DNA of 64,000 nt from Blastocladiella emersonii ATCC 22665 (GCA_025594325.1 JANHCV010000005.1:992001-1056000); one strand, 5' to 3'. Positions 33,001 to 45,402 are shown, numbered from the stretch's first letter. Translations and numbers: made by a program. Notes: generated from the sequence alone by a model not told the origin.

Positions 33001-35263
33001 TCAACCGTCCAGCTTTCGCAGAGCGGTGACAAACTCGGCAGACACGACCGTCAGTGGAGCACAGCGTTTGGCCGTGGCCACCATCGCTGAGACGTCGATA
33101 CCTTGCGCGTGAGCTGTTCTCTTCACCAACTGTGCCAACATGCCCGGTGGTACGCGTTTGTCGAGCGCGCCGCCAGGAAGCAGCTGCCAAATCGTTGGCG
33201 ATTCGAGGTAGGGCTCATAGCGGATTGCGTCACAAAGCTGTGCCGCCGATGCGGCCGCTTGCATGTCAAAGTACACACGAGCAATTTTCTGAGCTGACGC
33301 GAGGGGGTCGCAGCCGTACGACGAGTCGCACGCGCGCGCGCAATCCACAAACTTACACAGTCGCGACCAGTCTGGCGTTGCATAGTGCAGCCCAAGGCTT
33401 TGAATAACTGGAGAAAGCGCGGCCACCGTGTCCCGCCACGCCTTCTGTGCAAGCAGCGGACACTGAGGGCAAATAGGGAGTCCGGGAAGCAGCCATGTGG
33501 CAGAATGAGGAGCGCTTGACGTATTCGTGTCCGCGGGCAACACGAAGGCAGCGAGCATGGCGGCGAGAAGTGCGGGCTTACGTTCGGCCTGCATAATCGC
33601 GGCCATGGCGGCGTCTCGAGTGGATGGGCTAGCAAGCGCGGCAACGAGTAAACGCGACACGCTAACGGCGAGTTTTCGCGTGGCTGCCACGTTTGCAGCG
33701 AGCCTGTACTTGATCGGCGCGCCGTGAGCATTGCCACTAGCGACAAACATGTGCAGCAAATCCAACGGATGAGCAATGAAATCGTCTTCTAGCAGGTAAG
33801 ATGCAACGGATAGATCAGGGCTGCAAGGTAACAAAGAAACTTCGACGTAAACGTTGGCAAAGTCCGCAAGGTCGAGCGGGCTCAAACGGCCTTCGTGGTG
33901 GTGATGGTCAACGTCATCGTGGTTGAGAGAATTGGAAGCAACATGGCGAAGAATGTGCTGAGAGATTCCACGGCGGCCACGCGGTTCAAGACTGACTTTG
34001 AACGCTACACGTCACAGCATTAGTGAGCGTTGTGGAGCTTTGACGCGTAGTGCGAGCGAGATCAGTACCTTCGAGCGGGAGCGTATGCCACGTTTGCTCG
34101 TCGCGTTGCTCGCGAAGTTTAGCGGCCAGCGAAATCTCCCCGCGTGCAATTGCAGCGCCAAGGATAAAGCTCCAAGCCTCGGGTTGAAGAAAGCCATCGC
34201 GATCAAGCAGCTCGAGCTCGTCGACTGACAAGTCTTGGTCGAACCAGCGGATAAATTGACTACCAAAGCGATGGACGCTGGTAAACGTACCAGGCTGGAG
34301 CGGCAAGGCAGGGACAATGAGTTCAGGGAACCGTCGAAGAAGCTGGATGAAGCGGCTATGGTGACAAGTCGCAAGGGCAGCGGAGACGTAGGACGCGTGC
34401 GCGGACAGCGGCAGGTGTTTCAAATTTCCAAGGAGCCACGCAACCATGGCCACTTGCTCATCCATTTCGCTGACATCGCGACGCAAGTAGATCGAAGGAG
34501 TCTCCCCAATAATCGCAAGCACCTGGGGTATGTCAACGCGGTGGACGCCGTCGTACGGAAGTAGGGCTTGGAGCGAGGAGTGGCGCAGGTGGACGATGGC
34601 GTTGTATGCGAGAACATCGATCATGAGCGGTTTGAACCGTGGTATGGGTTCGGATCGTGAGTCCAGCGCGGACGCGGTTGACTCGTACCCACCAAAGTCC
34701 ACGTTCATGAGCAATGCCCACCTCCTCCGATCCATCGAGACGCCAAGAATTTGCGGAAAGTCGCAGGCAAGCGCATGGAACAAGTTGCGAAACAAGTCTG
34801 AACGGCCTTCTTCGATGGCCGCCAACAGGAAGCGCAAATATCCAACCACGGGATGACGCAGGGGAGGGAGTGCAAGTAAGGTCGAGCGAGCTTGCCCAGC
34901 AGCGAGCACTTGAAGTGGCGCCGCACCCACGTCGCTGATGCGAATGCGACGACGGACCAAGCTGGCGTACTGGAACATGAGCTCGTCAGGCGCAGCGGGA
35001 GGTCCGAGTTGGAACAACCGCGCGATGAGTCCAATCGGTTGGTGCGGGTCTGCAGTAGCAACATCCAGCCGCCCAACCAGTCGCAGCACCCATGAGTGGT
35101 GAACTAGTTCGTCGCACGCGGTTTCCCGAAGGATGGAGGTCGCGGCCGCAAGCGAGCTACGCGACTCGCCGAGCCGAACCACGTCGGCGAGGAGTTCTGG
35201 AGGAAAATCCGCAAGAGAGCGCGCGGGCGGGCCCTGTTCATCTGATTGCATGAGGTTATACAT
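33001..35263 (-). CDS. F-box-like family copy 5 (inverted, most divergent, apparently intact); intron 34005-34068
   Basis: LADFPPELLADVVRLG; a GTACTG..CTAAT..TAG intron joins to AFKVS...SPLDLADFANV in frame; exon 2 has CPQCPL-AQ-AW, WQLLPGGALD and KRCAP like the paralogs. Confidence 0.7.
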
Positions 35264-36128
35264 TGCGTTCGTGACGGGGTGTCAGTTTTGCAAGAGGTGA
35301 CGGAGCGGCGACGGGAGTTGAGAGCGGGTCCTCGCGCCCTTCGCGACGCGCCACCGCAGCCTTCGCCCACCAAACGGTCATGACCGACAGAAAGTAGCAA
35401 CACAACCCTCGATCCGGGCACACGTCCAGCAGCACAAAGTAGCAAGACGGGGGAGAGACGCAACAATAGTCTGTATTGAGTGCGCGCCGCCGTGAGGGGC
35501 GCTGCAGCATATTGCACTGAATAGAATGTCCCCGCTGTGGCCGCTTTCACTGTCACACGAGGCGACCGACTTGCTGGTGCCACACGTCCACCCGTGTTCC
35601 GCATCGGTCCCGAGAGACCGACGGCCGAGGAACAGACAGGCCTCCGCGAGAGGAACGCGCCCGAGGAGGAGGGACTCGAGGCGCGCAGGACGACGGGGTT
35701 CACAGACCTTCCCAAGGGGCGACGATGGCGAGCAACAAGGTGTGCTCCGAGTGTTTTCCCTTTATGCTGCTAGTTACATCTCTCGGGGACAGCGCGTGGG
35801 CGCGGGTGATCGCCCAGCTTTATAGCGCGGCGCCGCCGACGCGCGCGGCGGTCGGCGAGGGGAGCGCGGCGGCCATGTTCAGGAGCGCCCGGTTACGCAT
35901 CAGGTGATGGCGGGTGACCCGAAGCTGTCTCTCGCGCTCCACCGCGACCGCCGCCGCCGTCTCCCTGTCGATCCTTGGGCCCCGATGACCACGGCGGCAT
36001 TACCTGCTAGAGTGTCACCACACATACTTGCTACGAAGCACCTGTAACTTTACGCATCAAGCACCCCGGGAACCGCCCTCGACGACGATCAGCAGCCGGC
36101 CAACCACCACCGTGACCGTATTTCCAAG

Positions 36129-38307
36129 ATGGCGGACAGCGTGAACATCATCATGGAGGCCATGGTGCCTGAGCTCAAGGACGCGGAGCGCAAGAAGCTA
36201 TTCACCGCGGTACGGCTTGCCGCTCACCCATCCTCCGCCTCGGACCAGGGCCGCTCACACCCTCCCACGACTCCTCATCTAGACCGAGGTCAAGATGATC
36301 GTCGACAAGCGGCGAAACTTCGAGTACGCGCTGCGTCGCCGCGGCGCGATCCTGGCCGACTACATCAAGTACATCGATTACGAGTGGTCGCTGGAGAAGA
36401 CGCGGCGCAAGCGGATTGCGCGGTTCGGGCTCAAGTACAAGACGTCGCTGATCGACCACGCGGGGGTGCGCCACCTGCACAACCTGTACAACCGCGCCGT
36501 GTCCAAGTTCCCCGGCGACGTGGACCTGTGGATCGCGTACGCGACCATGGCCAAGCGGTGCAAGTCGTACCGCCGCATCTCGAGCATCTACGCCCGCGCC
36601 CTGCAGCTGCACCCGCGCAACGCCAGCCTGTGGATCCTCGCCGCCGCCTGGGAGTTTGAGGACCAGGGCAACGCCGCGTCCGCCCGCAAGCTCATGCAGC
36701 GCGCCGTCCACTTCAACCGCGAGATGCGCGAGCTGTGGATCGAGTGGTTCAAGCTCGAGTGCATGTACGTGACCAAGATCCGCGCCCGCGCCGAGATCCT
36801 CGACCGGTTGAACCGCGCCGACAGCGAGGCCGACTCGGACATGGACGAGGACGAGGACGACGCCAAGGAAGACCCCGCTGTTCTCGGCGACGACATGGAC
36901 GAGGACGACCTCGCGACGCCCGCGCTCCCCGTCCCCGATAACAACGCCGAGCTCTCAGCGCTCGACGAGTCGCTGAGCAAGGCCGAGGCGTCGGCGCAGG
37001 ACGGCGCCGACGCCGACCCGATCGTGCAGTACGCGATCCCGCGCCTCGTGTACGCCGAGGCGATCGCCGCGCACCCGGCCGACCTGGCCCTGCGCCGCGA
37101 GTGCCTCCGCATCGCCGTGGCCGCGCACGGCGCGCAGTCGGTGGTGGATGCGATCCTCGCGTCGATCCACACCGACCTCGCGCCCACGTCGGCCGACGCC
37201 GTGGTCCTCGCGACCGCGTGGCGCGTGGTCCCGGGTGTCGGCGGCGTGCTGCCGAGCGACCCGGCGTACCCGGCCGCGCTGCACGCGGCGATCACGGACC
37301 TCGACGCGGCCGTCGCCGCCGCCGCCACCCCGGCGCCGCTCGTGCAGTCCCTGCGCGACGCGGTCCTCGACTTCCTCGCGGCGCAGCGCAACGCGGTCGC
37401 CGCCGTCAACCCGGACCTGGCCGCGTACGTGCACGCGCAGATCCGGCGCCACATGGTCGGGTACCTCGCGGTCGCCGACGCGCGGACCGACGGCGAGCCC
37501 GCGTCGCCCAACGGCGCGCCGCACGCGCTGCTCGACTCGACGTACGTGCGGCTGCTCGAGCACACGGCCGCGCTCGACGCGGCGGACGCGGCGCGCGCCG
37601 CGTCGCTCGTGTCGTCGGTCCGCATCGCGCGGCAGGCGACCGCCGCGTACCCGGGGTCGGCGGACCTCGCGTGCCGCCGCATCGCGCTCGGCCGGGACAA
37701 CCCGGCGTGGGCCGCGAGCATGCCGGGCAAGTTCACGCGCGCGCTGGATATCGTGGCGGTGTGGACCGCGGTGCACGCGCTGGTTCGGGGCAGCGCGAAG
37801 CGCGCGGCGTTCGGCGCGCCCGCGCAGACGGCGAGCGTCGAGGACGCCATGGCGCAGTGGCACACGGTGGTGCGCGGGACGGCCGAGGGCCGCGACGCCG
37901 ATGCCGTGGTCGAGGCCAAGGCGCGGTTCCTCGCGAGCGTCGTGGCGACGCTGCCCGACGACACGGCGCGCGACGCGTTTGTCGAGAAGTTCGTGGTGCT
38001 GATCCCGATCGAGTCGCCGACGTGGCTCACGGCGGTCGCGGATACCTTCTCGTCGGCGTTTTCGGGCGACAGCGCGGCGGCGCAGGCCCCGCCCGCGGCC
38101 CGCCTCGCCATCTACCGCCGCGTGATGCAGCTCGGCGCGCGCCGGTGGCCGACGAGCGTCGCGTGGTGGCTGCGGTACCTGCAGTTCGAGGTGCAGGTCG
38201 CGCGCGATGTCGCGGGCGCGACCCAGGTGTACCTGAGCGCGGTGCGCGCCGTGGGGAGCGACGACGCCGAGGCGCTCGCGGCCGGGTGGAACGCCATCAG
38301 GTCGTGA
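36129..38307 (+). CDS. UTP6: U3 snoRNA-associated protein 6 (HAT repeats); intron 36210-36282
   Basis: MAD-V---MEAMVPELKD-ERKKLFT|TEVKMIVDKRRNFEY-L-RR, DYIKYIDYE, RAVSKFPGDV-LW, ALQLHPRNASLWILAA-WEFE, LWIEWFKLE. Confidence 0.93.
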
Positions 38308-38373
38308 AGGTCGGTGGTAATGAGAGACAGATTTTTTATATGTATCAACTAGTGCTTCTTAATTACTCCAGAC

Positions 38374-40610
38374 TCAATCGAAAGCGGCCGACGCCATGGG
38401 CCCCGTCGCGCGCGGAGGGCCGAGGACCATCTCGTCGAGGGCCTTGCCCGCGGGGACCATCGGGTAGACGTGCGCGCGCTTGCAGACGCGGGCCTTGAGG
38501 ACGACGGGCCCGTCGTTGTAGTCGATGAACTCGCGCATAGCGACCTCGAGCTCCTCGGGCGTGGTAGCGCGGAGGCCCTTGACGCCAAACGACTCGGCGA
38601 ACTTGACGAAATCCGGGTTGACCATCGGGGTGCCGGCGTAGCGCTCCTCGTAGAAGAGGTCCTGCCACTGCTTGACCATGCCCTGGAAGTCGTTGTTGAG
38701 CAGCAGCACCTTGACGCCGATCTTGTACTGCGACGCCGTCATGAGCTCCATGGCCGTCATCATGTACGACGCGTCGCCGTCGATATCGATCACCACCTTG
38801 TCCTCCCCCAGGGCGACCTTGGCGCCGATGGCCGCGGGCAGGCCGTAGCCCATGGTCCCGAGCCCGCCCGACGTGATGAAGGTGCGCGGGTGGGTCCAGC
38901 GGTAGAACTGGGCCGCGAACATCTGGTGCTGGCCGACGCCCGTGGTGATGACCACGTCCTGCTTGATGTCGCGCGTCATGCGGTTGAGCGTGTCGACGAC
39001 GTACTGCGGGCGCATCGGCTCGCCGTCGACGTTGGCCTCGTAGCGGAAAGGGTAGTCGCGCTTCCACGCCGCCACGTCCGCGAGCCACGCGGCGCGCTGC
39101 GGGTGGTCGGGCGCGCGCTCCTCGACCTGCGCGAGCAGGTGGCGGAGGTTGGCGACCACGTCGCCCTCGACCGCCTCGGTGCACGTCACCGTCTTGTTGA
39201 TGTTCTTGGGCATGATCTCGAAGTGGAAGATGCCGCCCTTGCCATCGGCCTCGGCGGCGCGCGCCGCGGGCGCGAACTTGGCGAGGTTGCCCGTGACGCG
39301 GTCGTCGAACCGCGCGCCGAGGGCCAGGATCACGTCGGCGCGCTGCATGGCGAGGTTGGCGTAGGCGGACCCGTGCATGCCGAGCATGTGCAGGGCGAGC
39401 GGCGACCGCTCGTCGTACCCGCCGAGCGCCTGCAGCGTGGTCGTCACGGGGATCTGCGCCTTCTCCGACAGCTCCTTGAGCAGCTTGGGCCCGTGCGGCG
39501 ACGACAGGATGCCCTGGCCGGCGTAGATGACGGGCCGCTGCGCGCCGTTGACGGCCGCGGCGACACGGCGCACCGTCGCGGCGAGCCCGGGCGACGGCGC
39601 CGAGGACGTGGGCGACGTGAAGTGCGGGCTGAGGAAGTTGGGCGGGCGGCCGGGGAATCGCGGCACGTCGGGCACGCGCTGGATGGCCTTGCGCAGGACG
39701 CCGGCCGTCACGTCCTTGGGCAGGTCGACGAGGACAGGGCCCGGGCGGCCCGACGTGGCGATGGTGAAGGCCTCGGTGATGCGGCGCGGCAGGTCGGCCA
39801 CGTCCTTGACCATCACGTTCCACTTGGTGCACGCGCGCGTGATGCCGATGATGTCGGCCTCCTGGAACGCGTCCGTACCGATGGCCGCGTTGGGCACCTG
39901 GCCCGTGAACACGACCATGGGGGTGCCGTCGCTGAGCGCGTCCTGGAGCGGCGTCACGACGTTGGTGGCGCCGGGACCCGACGTGACGATCACGACGCCC
40001 GGGCGGCCCGTGGCGCGCGCGTAGCCCTCGGCCATGTGCCCCGCGCCCTGCTCGTGGCGCGGCAGGATGAACTCAAAGTGCGGCGACTCGTAGATGGCGT
40101 CGAACACGGGCAGGATCGCGCCGCCCGGGTACCCGAAGACGTGCCGCACGCGGTGCTTGCGCAGCATCTCGTGCACGATCTGGCCGCCCGTCATGCCGAC
40201 AAAGGACGCGTCGAGGTCCGAGTCGGCCGCGGTGGCCTCGGTGGTCGGATTCGGTCCCGGCGGTGGTGATCCTCGGGTCGCCGTGGCCGTGGCCGCAGCG
40301 GTCGACGGCGGCGGCGGCGGCGGGGCCGAGTGGGCGGCCGCGGGAGCGGGATCACTGGACGATGGGCGCGGTGTGAGTGTGAGTGTTCTGGTCATCGGCG
40401 ATGACGACCGTGCGAGAGTAAGGCGTACCCAGCGACCGAGGCAATGGTGCGCGCGCCGGAAGTCCATGCCGAGGTGGAAGTCGACAGCGACTTGGCAGCG
40501 GCGGCAGTAGGAGCACCGGCGGCCGCAGCGATTCGTGGCGGTACGAGCGGGCGGAGTAGGGGAGCGGGCAGGGGACGCGCGAGGCGGGCGGCGCGAGCGG
40601 CAGCGAACAT
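38374..40610 (-). CDS. ILV2: Acetolactate synthase catalytic subunit, mitochondrial; intron 40355-40428
   Basis: Arg/Ala-rich presequence MFAAARAARL; FGYPGGAILPVFDAI, RHEQGAGHMAEGYARATG, TSGPGATN, GVGQHQMFAAQ, SGGLGTMGYGLPAAIGA, IDGDAS. Confidence 0.97.
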
Positions 40611-41340
40611 GGTAGCGGTGTGGGGTAGTGTATGAATTCGTAGCAGGGACCGTGGCCCGTGGTCGTCGATGAGTTGGAGGAGAGAGGGCAAGGGCGGCGC
40701 GGGGGCGGCTGGCCTTCTTATGCTTGCTGCCGCTGTCTCGGCGCGTCGCCGTGTGTCTCTCTGTCTCGCGGGGCCGGGGCCGCCCTGTTGTCGATAGCGA
40801 TGGGAACAAGTCGCGCGCCGACGTGACGTGAGGCACGCGCGCGCCTTCCTCCGCACTTTCATCACTCGGCCCTCCACGGAAATTGGTCGCGTGCCTCGCC
40901 CGGCGCCGCAGCGTGAATCGCGACTCATCCTCGCCCGGCGTCTCGGCCGTTCAGCGGCCCGGGGCGCGTTTTCAGCCGCGGTCAGCCCGCGGCGCGAGTC
41001 ACCGCGGCGCCGCCGACTCACCTCCTCGCCCTCAAGCCGGCCAATCAGCAATTCGCGCTCGTGCGGAATTCCAATTTTGGCGGGACGAAGAGAGGAAGCG
41101 AATTTCATGTCACGCGCCGGAGCGGTCACGCGTGCAGCCAATCGCATGAAAATGCTCACGCGGGCGCCGGGGCGGGCGCCCACGCGTGGCGACGCGTCGC
41201 GCTATCGCCCGCGCCGCGAGTCATCTCCCTCGCAAACGTGTCTCGCGCCGCGTGTCTCCAGCCCCGAGGCCGCGATTATCCGCTTGCGGGTCCTGCGAGC
41301 CTTCGTGAGGAGCGAGCGACCATGGACCCGGCCGGCCGAG

Positions 41341-41346
41341 TATAAA
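41341..41346 (+). promoter_or_regulatory. Putative TATA box of ILV5
   Basis: TATAAA in GC-rich intergenic DNA upstream of ILV5. Confidence 0.55.
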
Positions 41347-41732
41347 GTGCAGCGGGCCCTCTGCCCACCCTCGCCGCTTTGACCCTCATCCGCATCCGCT
41401 GCAGACCCAACGCTCGCTCGCTTGGTATGGATCCATGCAACGAACGCACCATGCAATCGACGCGCTGCCGGGCGGCGGCTGGCACACACTGGCGGGCGGG
41501 CGACTCCCACGCCTCACACCTGCCTGCCCGCCCGCCCGCTGCCCGGCGCGACCCGACCATCACCGCGACCTGCAGATCAGCAAACTGACGAGCCCGTCCG
41601 TCTCCCTCCCTCGTCTATGTGAACGTGTTCGCACCCTCGCGCTGCTACAAAACCCGACCCGCCGCTCGCCGCTCGCTCTCGCTCTTCCCGCCGTGCAGCG
41701 TCATCCACTACCCCACTACCACCGTCAGCAAC

Positions 41733-43001
41733 ATGATCTCCTCCGCCTGCCGCACCGCCCTGCGCGCCGCGACCCGCACCACCGTGTCGCGCGCCGTGCC
41801 CCGTGCCGCCGCGACCGCCGCCCTGCGCGCCACCGCGTCCGCGACCGCCATGACGATGCCGCAGCGCCGCGGCATCCAGACGCTCGACTTTGGCGGCACC
41901 AAGGAGGTGGTCTACGAGCGCTCCGACTACCCGCGCGAGAAGCTGCACCAGGTCCTCGGCAAGGACGTGCTCGCCGTTGTCGGCTACGGGTACGCTTTCC
42001 CTCGAAATGTGAGGCGGCACCGCGAGCCACGCGACTCACCCCCATCCATCGCACCCCCACCTCGTAGCACCCAGGGCCGCGCCCAGTCGCTCAACGCGCG
42101 CGACAACGGGCTCAACGTGATTGTCGGCGTGCGCGAGGGCGGCCACTCGTGGAAGCTCGCCCAGGAGGACGGCTGGGTCCCCGGCAAGACGCTGGTCGAC
42201 ATTGACACGGCGTGCCAGCGCGGCACCATCGTCATGAACCTGCTGTCGGACGCGGGCCAGAAGGAAGCGTGGCCGGCCATGCAGAAGCACATCACCAAGG
42301 GCAAGACGCTCTACTTCTCGCACGGCTTCGGCGTCGTGTACAAGGACCAGACGGGCATCGTGCCGCCCAAGGACGTGGACGTGATCCTGGCCGCGCCCAA
42401 GGGCTCGGGCACCACGGTCCGCTCGCTGTTCCTCGAGGGCCGCGGGATCAACGCCTCGATTGCCGTGTTCCAGGACGTGTCGGGCGAGGCCAAGGAGCGC
42501 GCCGTCGCCATGGGCATCGCCGTCGGCGCCGGCTACATCTACGAGACCACGTTCGAGAAGGAGGTGTACTCGGACCTGACGGGCGAGCGCGGGTCGCTCA
42601 TGGGCGCGATCCAGGGCATCTTCCGCGCCCAGTACGAGGTGCTGCGCGCCAACGGCCACTCGCCGTCCGAGGCCTTCAACGAGACGGTCGAGGAGGCGAC
42701 CCAGTCGCTGTACCCGCTTATCGCCGCCAACGGCATGGACTGGATGTACGCCAACTGCTCGACCACGGCCCAGCGCGGCGCCCTCGACTGGGCCCCCAAG
42801 TTCTACCAGGCCACCAAGCCCGTGTTCGAGGACCTGTACCGCTCGGTCAAGACGGGCGAGGAGACGCGCCGCACCCTCGACCTCAACTCGCGCTCCGACT
42901 ACCGCGAGGGCCTCGCCAAGGAGCTCGCCGAGATCGCCGACTCGGAGATGTGGCGCGCCGGACAGACGGTGCGCAAGCTCCGCCCCGAGAACGCCAAGTA
43001 A
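41733..43001 (+). CDS. ILV5: Ketol-acid reductoisomerase, mitochondrial; intron 41990-42067
   Basis: Presequence MISSACRTALRAA; AVVGYG|TQGRAQSLNARDNGLNVIVGVR, MNLLSDAGQ, LYFSHGF, APKGSGTTVR, SDLTGERG-LMG, CSTTAQRGALDW. Confidence 0.97.
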   Translation: MISSACRTALRAATRTTVSRAVPRAAATAALRATASATAMTMPQRRGIQTLDFGGTKEVVYERSDYPREKLHQVLGKDVLAVVGYGYAFPRNVRRHREPRDSPPSIAPPPRSTQGRAQSLNARDNGLNVIVGVREGGHSWKLAQEDGWVPGKTLVDIDTACQRGTIVMNLLSDAGQKEAWPAMQKHITKGKTLYFSHGFGVVYKDQTGIVPPKDVDVILAAPKGSGTTVRSLFLEGRGINASIAVFQDVSGEAKERAVAMGIAVGAGYIYETTFEKEVYSDLTGERGSLMGAIQGIFRAQYEVLRANGHSPSEAFNETVEEATQSLYPLIAANGMDWMYANCSTTAQRGALDWAPKFYQATKPVFEDLYRSVKTGEETRRTLDLNSRSDYREGLAKELAEIADSEMWRAGQTVRKLRPENAK

Positions 43002-43157
43002 CTTTCTCGTCGCCGTTGTCTTCCACTACCTTCTCTTGTACAGATGTTGTCATTTCCTCCCTCTAATAGCCAATCCAGCTCATACTCACCCATCTCTTTC
43101 GTCTCCGCGCGTCGAGAGTGTAAGCTAAGAGATCCTATTCATCGTAACGACTACCGC

Positions 43158-44494
43158 TCAGATATCCGCCGTCGCGTGCATGTGCTCCTGCTTGAGAATC
43201 CCCTCGCTCTCGGCCACGAGCTTGTCGAGCGTCTTGAGGATGGCCGGCATCTTGCTCGCCGGCACCACGAGCCCGCGCCGGTCGCCGCGCAGGCCCGACG
43301 CCAGCGACATCCCGTCGTCGAGCTCCGACTTGGGCTGCACGTGCTTGAGCGTAAACGTGAACTTGGCGTGCTACATGAAGTGGGGGACGTCAGCCACGCG
43401 CGAACACGCCGCAGCGGCGGGAGTGAGCAAGAGAAACGTGCCTGCGCAATGTACTCCTGCTCAAAGTACGAGTAGGCCGCGAGCTCGGCCGCCGCGGGCA
43501 TGGGGCCCGCTGCCGCGGCCTGCTGCTTGTTGCGCTTGAGTTTCATGTCCTTGCTGGCACCGTCAGCGCCGCCCTTCTTCTTGCCCATGAGCATGGCCTT
43601 GATGTCCATCTTGCGCTTCTTGGCCTTCTCGGCTTCGGCCTCGGCGGCGCCCGCCGCGTCGGCGGCCTCGTCCTCGTCGGGACGGAACATGGGGCACAGG
43701 AAGATGAGGTCGTCGAACCGGAAGCTAAGGTCGTCCTCGTCGGGGTTGACGAGCGGGTCGACGGGCGAGCTCTCCATCTCGTCGTGGAGCAGCGAGAAGA
43801 GCGGGGCCGCGACCTGCCACGGCATGTTGATGAGCCGCTCGTACACGACGAGCCCGACGCGGCGGTCCGTATCGGGCGCCAGCAGCTTGGCGAGCTTGGC
43901 GTCGTTGCTGCTGCGCTCGACGAGGAACTTGGCCACGGGCTTGACGGCGCGGTGGCCGCCCCACTGCGGACCCGTCAGACCGAGCACCGTCGCCAGCGCG
44001 TACGGGTCCGACGCCTCGCCGTCGCACTTGACGCCGGTCCCGATCCCCTGCGAGATCAGCAGCTCCGTCACGTCCACGAGCCCCTGCAGCTTGTCCTGCG
44101 CGTCCGGGCCCAGGCACAGGGTCAGGAACCGCTTCACGGCGTGGTAGTCCGTGTCGACCATCCCGAAGAAATCAAACTCGACGTCGATGATCTCGCCCTC
44201 CTACACTCGCGCGCAAAGCGGCGACGGCGGGTGAGATCGGGGCGACGGGTACGCGCATGACCGGTCCGAAGGATGGCGTACGGGCACTTCCTCATCGGCA
44301 TCGCTATCATCCTCGTCCTCGCTCTCGGCCGGCTTCGTCTTGGCCTTTCCCTTCCCCTTGCCCTTCGCCTGCTCGGGCTCGGCGGCGGCAGGGGTGGGGG
44401 CGGCGGCCTCGGCGTCGCGCTTCCGCTTCGCCGGCGCCACGCTCTCGGGCTTCGACTTGCCGGAAGTCTTTGATGCGGCCGCGTTCTGCTTCAT
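43158..44494 (-). CDS. BCP1: Bcp1/BCCIP (p21-C-terminal-binding family); introns 44201-44281 and GC-AG 43371-43441
   Basis: Basic/acidic N-terminus, then IIDVEFDFF, DYHAVKRFL, VGLVVYERLINMPWQVAAPL; last exon HAKFTFTL...RGLVVPASKMPAIL. Confidence 0.9.
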
Positions 44495-45402
44495 GGTTTA
44501 ATTGACGGGTTCGAGTTCAGGGAGTTGGAGACCAGAACGCCGTGCATTACGCCACTGCGTTCGCATCACATGCTCGCGTTGCTGGGCCACCTTCGCGAAG
44601 TTCGACCAGGGGGACTTGGCCCCCCTGGTTCGACGAGCACTCCTTCTTCCCCACGATCCCGAGCTCGGGCTAGGACACGAAACAACGCAACCATGCGCAA
44701 TGTAACTCATGAACCGTGCCCTGTGTGTGGTCGGCGTCCGCCGTCCCCGAACGCAGACACGGGTAGCAGTTGATTGGGCCTCAGCACACTTGCCGCGGCA
44801 TGCTTCACTCGCGGGGCCGAACGGCCTGCTATGCAAACGAAGAGTTACAAGAGAGCTTCACGACTTCGCATACTTACTTTGAGTGACGGGCCGGTCCGAG
44901 CCTGCTTGCCATGGTAGAAGCGGTTGCTCGTTCAGGCCTCGCCCCGCCGCCGTCCGTGCGCGGCGTGCGCACGTCGCCGCTGGGTGACATACACTACCGA
45001 AGTTTCCCTGCTCGCGCCGCGCATATGTGTGCGCGCCCGAGCTTCATCTGCGTCGACGTGGCCAAGGACGGGTGCACGGACGACTTGAGCGAGGCAGGCG
45101 CTGTGTACCTAACTTCAAGTGGGATCGCGGCATTACCGATGCGATCGAACTCATACTGGATGCCGCCCGCGCTCGCTCCGTCGAGCCCGACCGGCCGCCG
45201 CACCGAGTCGTTTTCTCGGCTACTTCGTCACGCCGCGTGTGTGCAGTGCTGGTTAAGAATCATCTGCGGTCGCGCCGAAGCAGCGCGCTCATGACACACC
45301 CACGTACTCTCTCAATTGGGTATTTACGCCGGCCGCACGGTTGATTACATATTCAACAACGCTACTTCATCCGTCGATGCAACACGCGCAACCAACCCTT
45401 TC

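Noticed and set aside
38470-40269. 599-aa plus-strand ORF, and similar long antisense ORFs at 9168-10649, 18568-20238, 36588-38111, 52659-54263 and 55499-56992
   Set aside because: All mirror recognisable genes on the other strand and show no motifs of their own.
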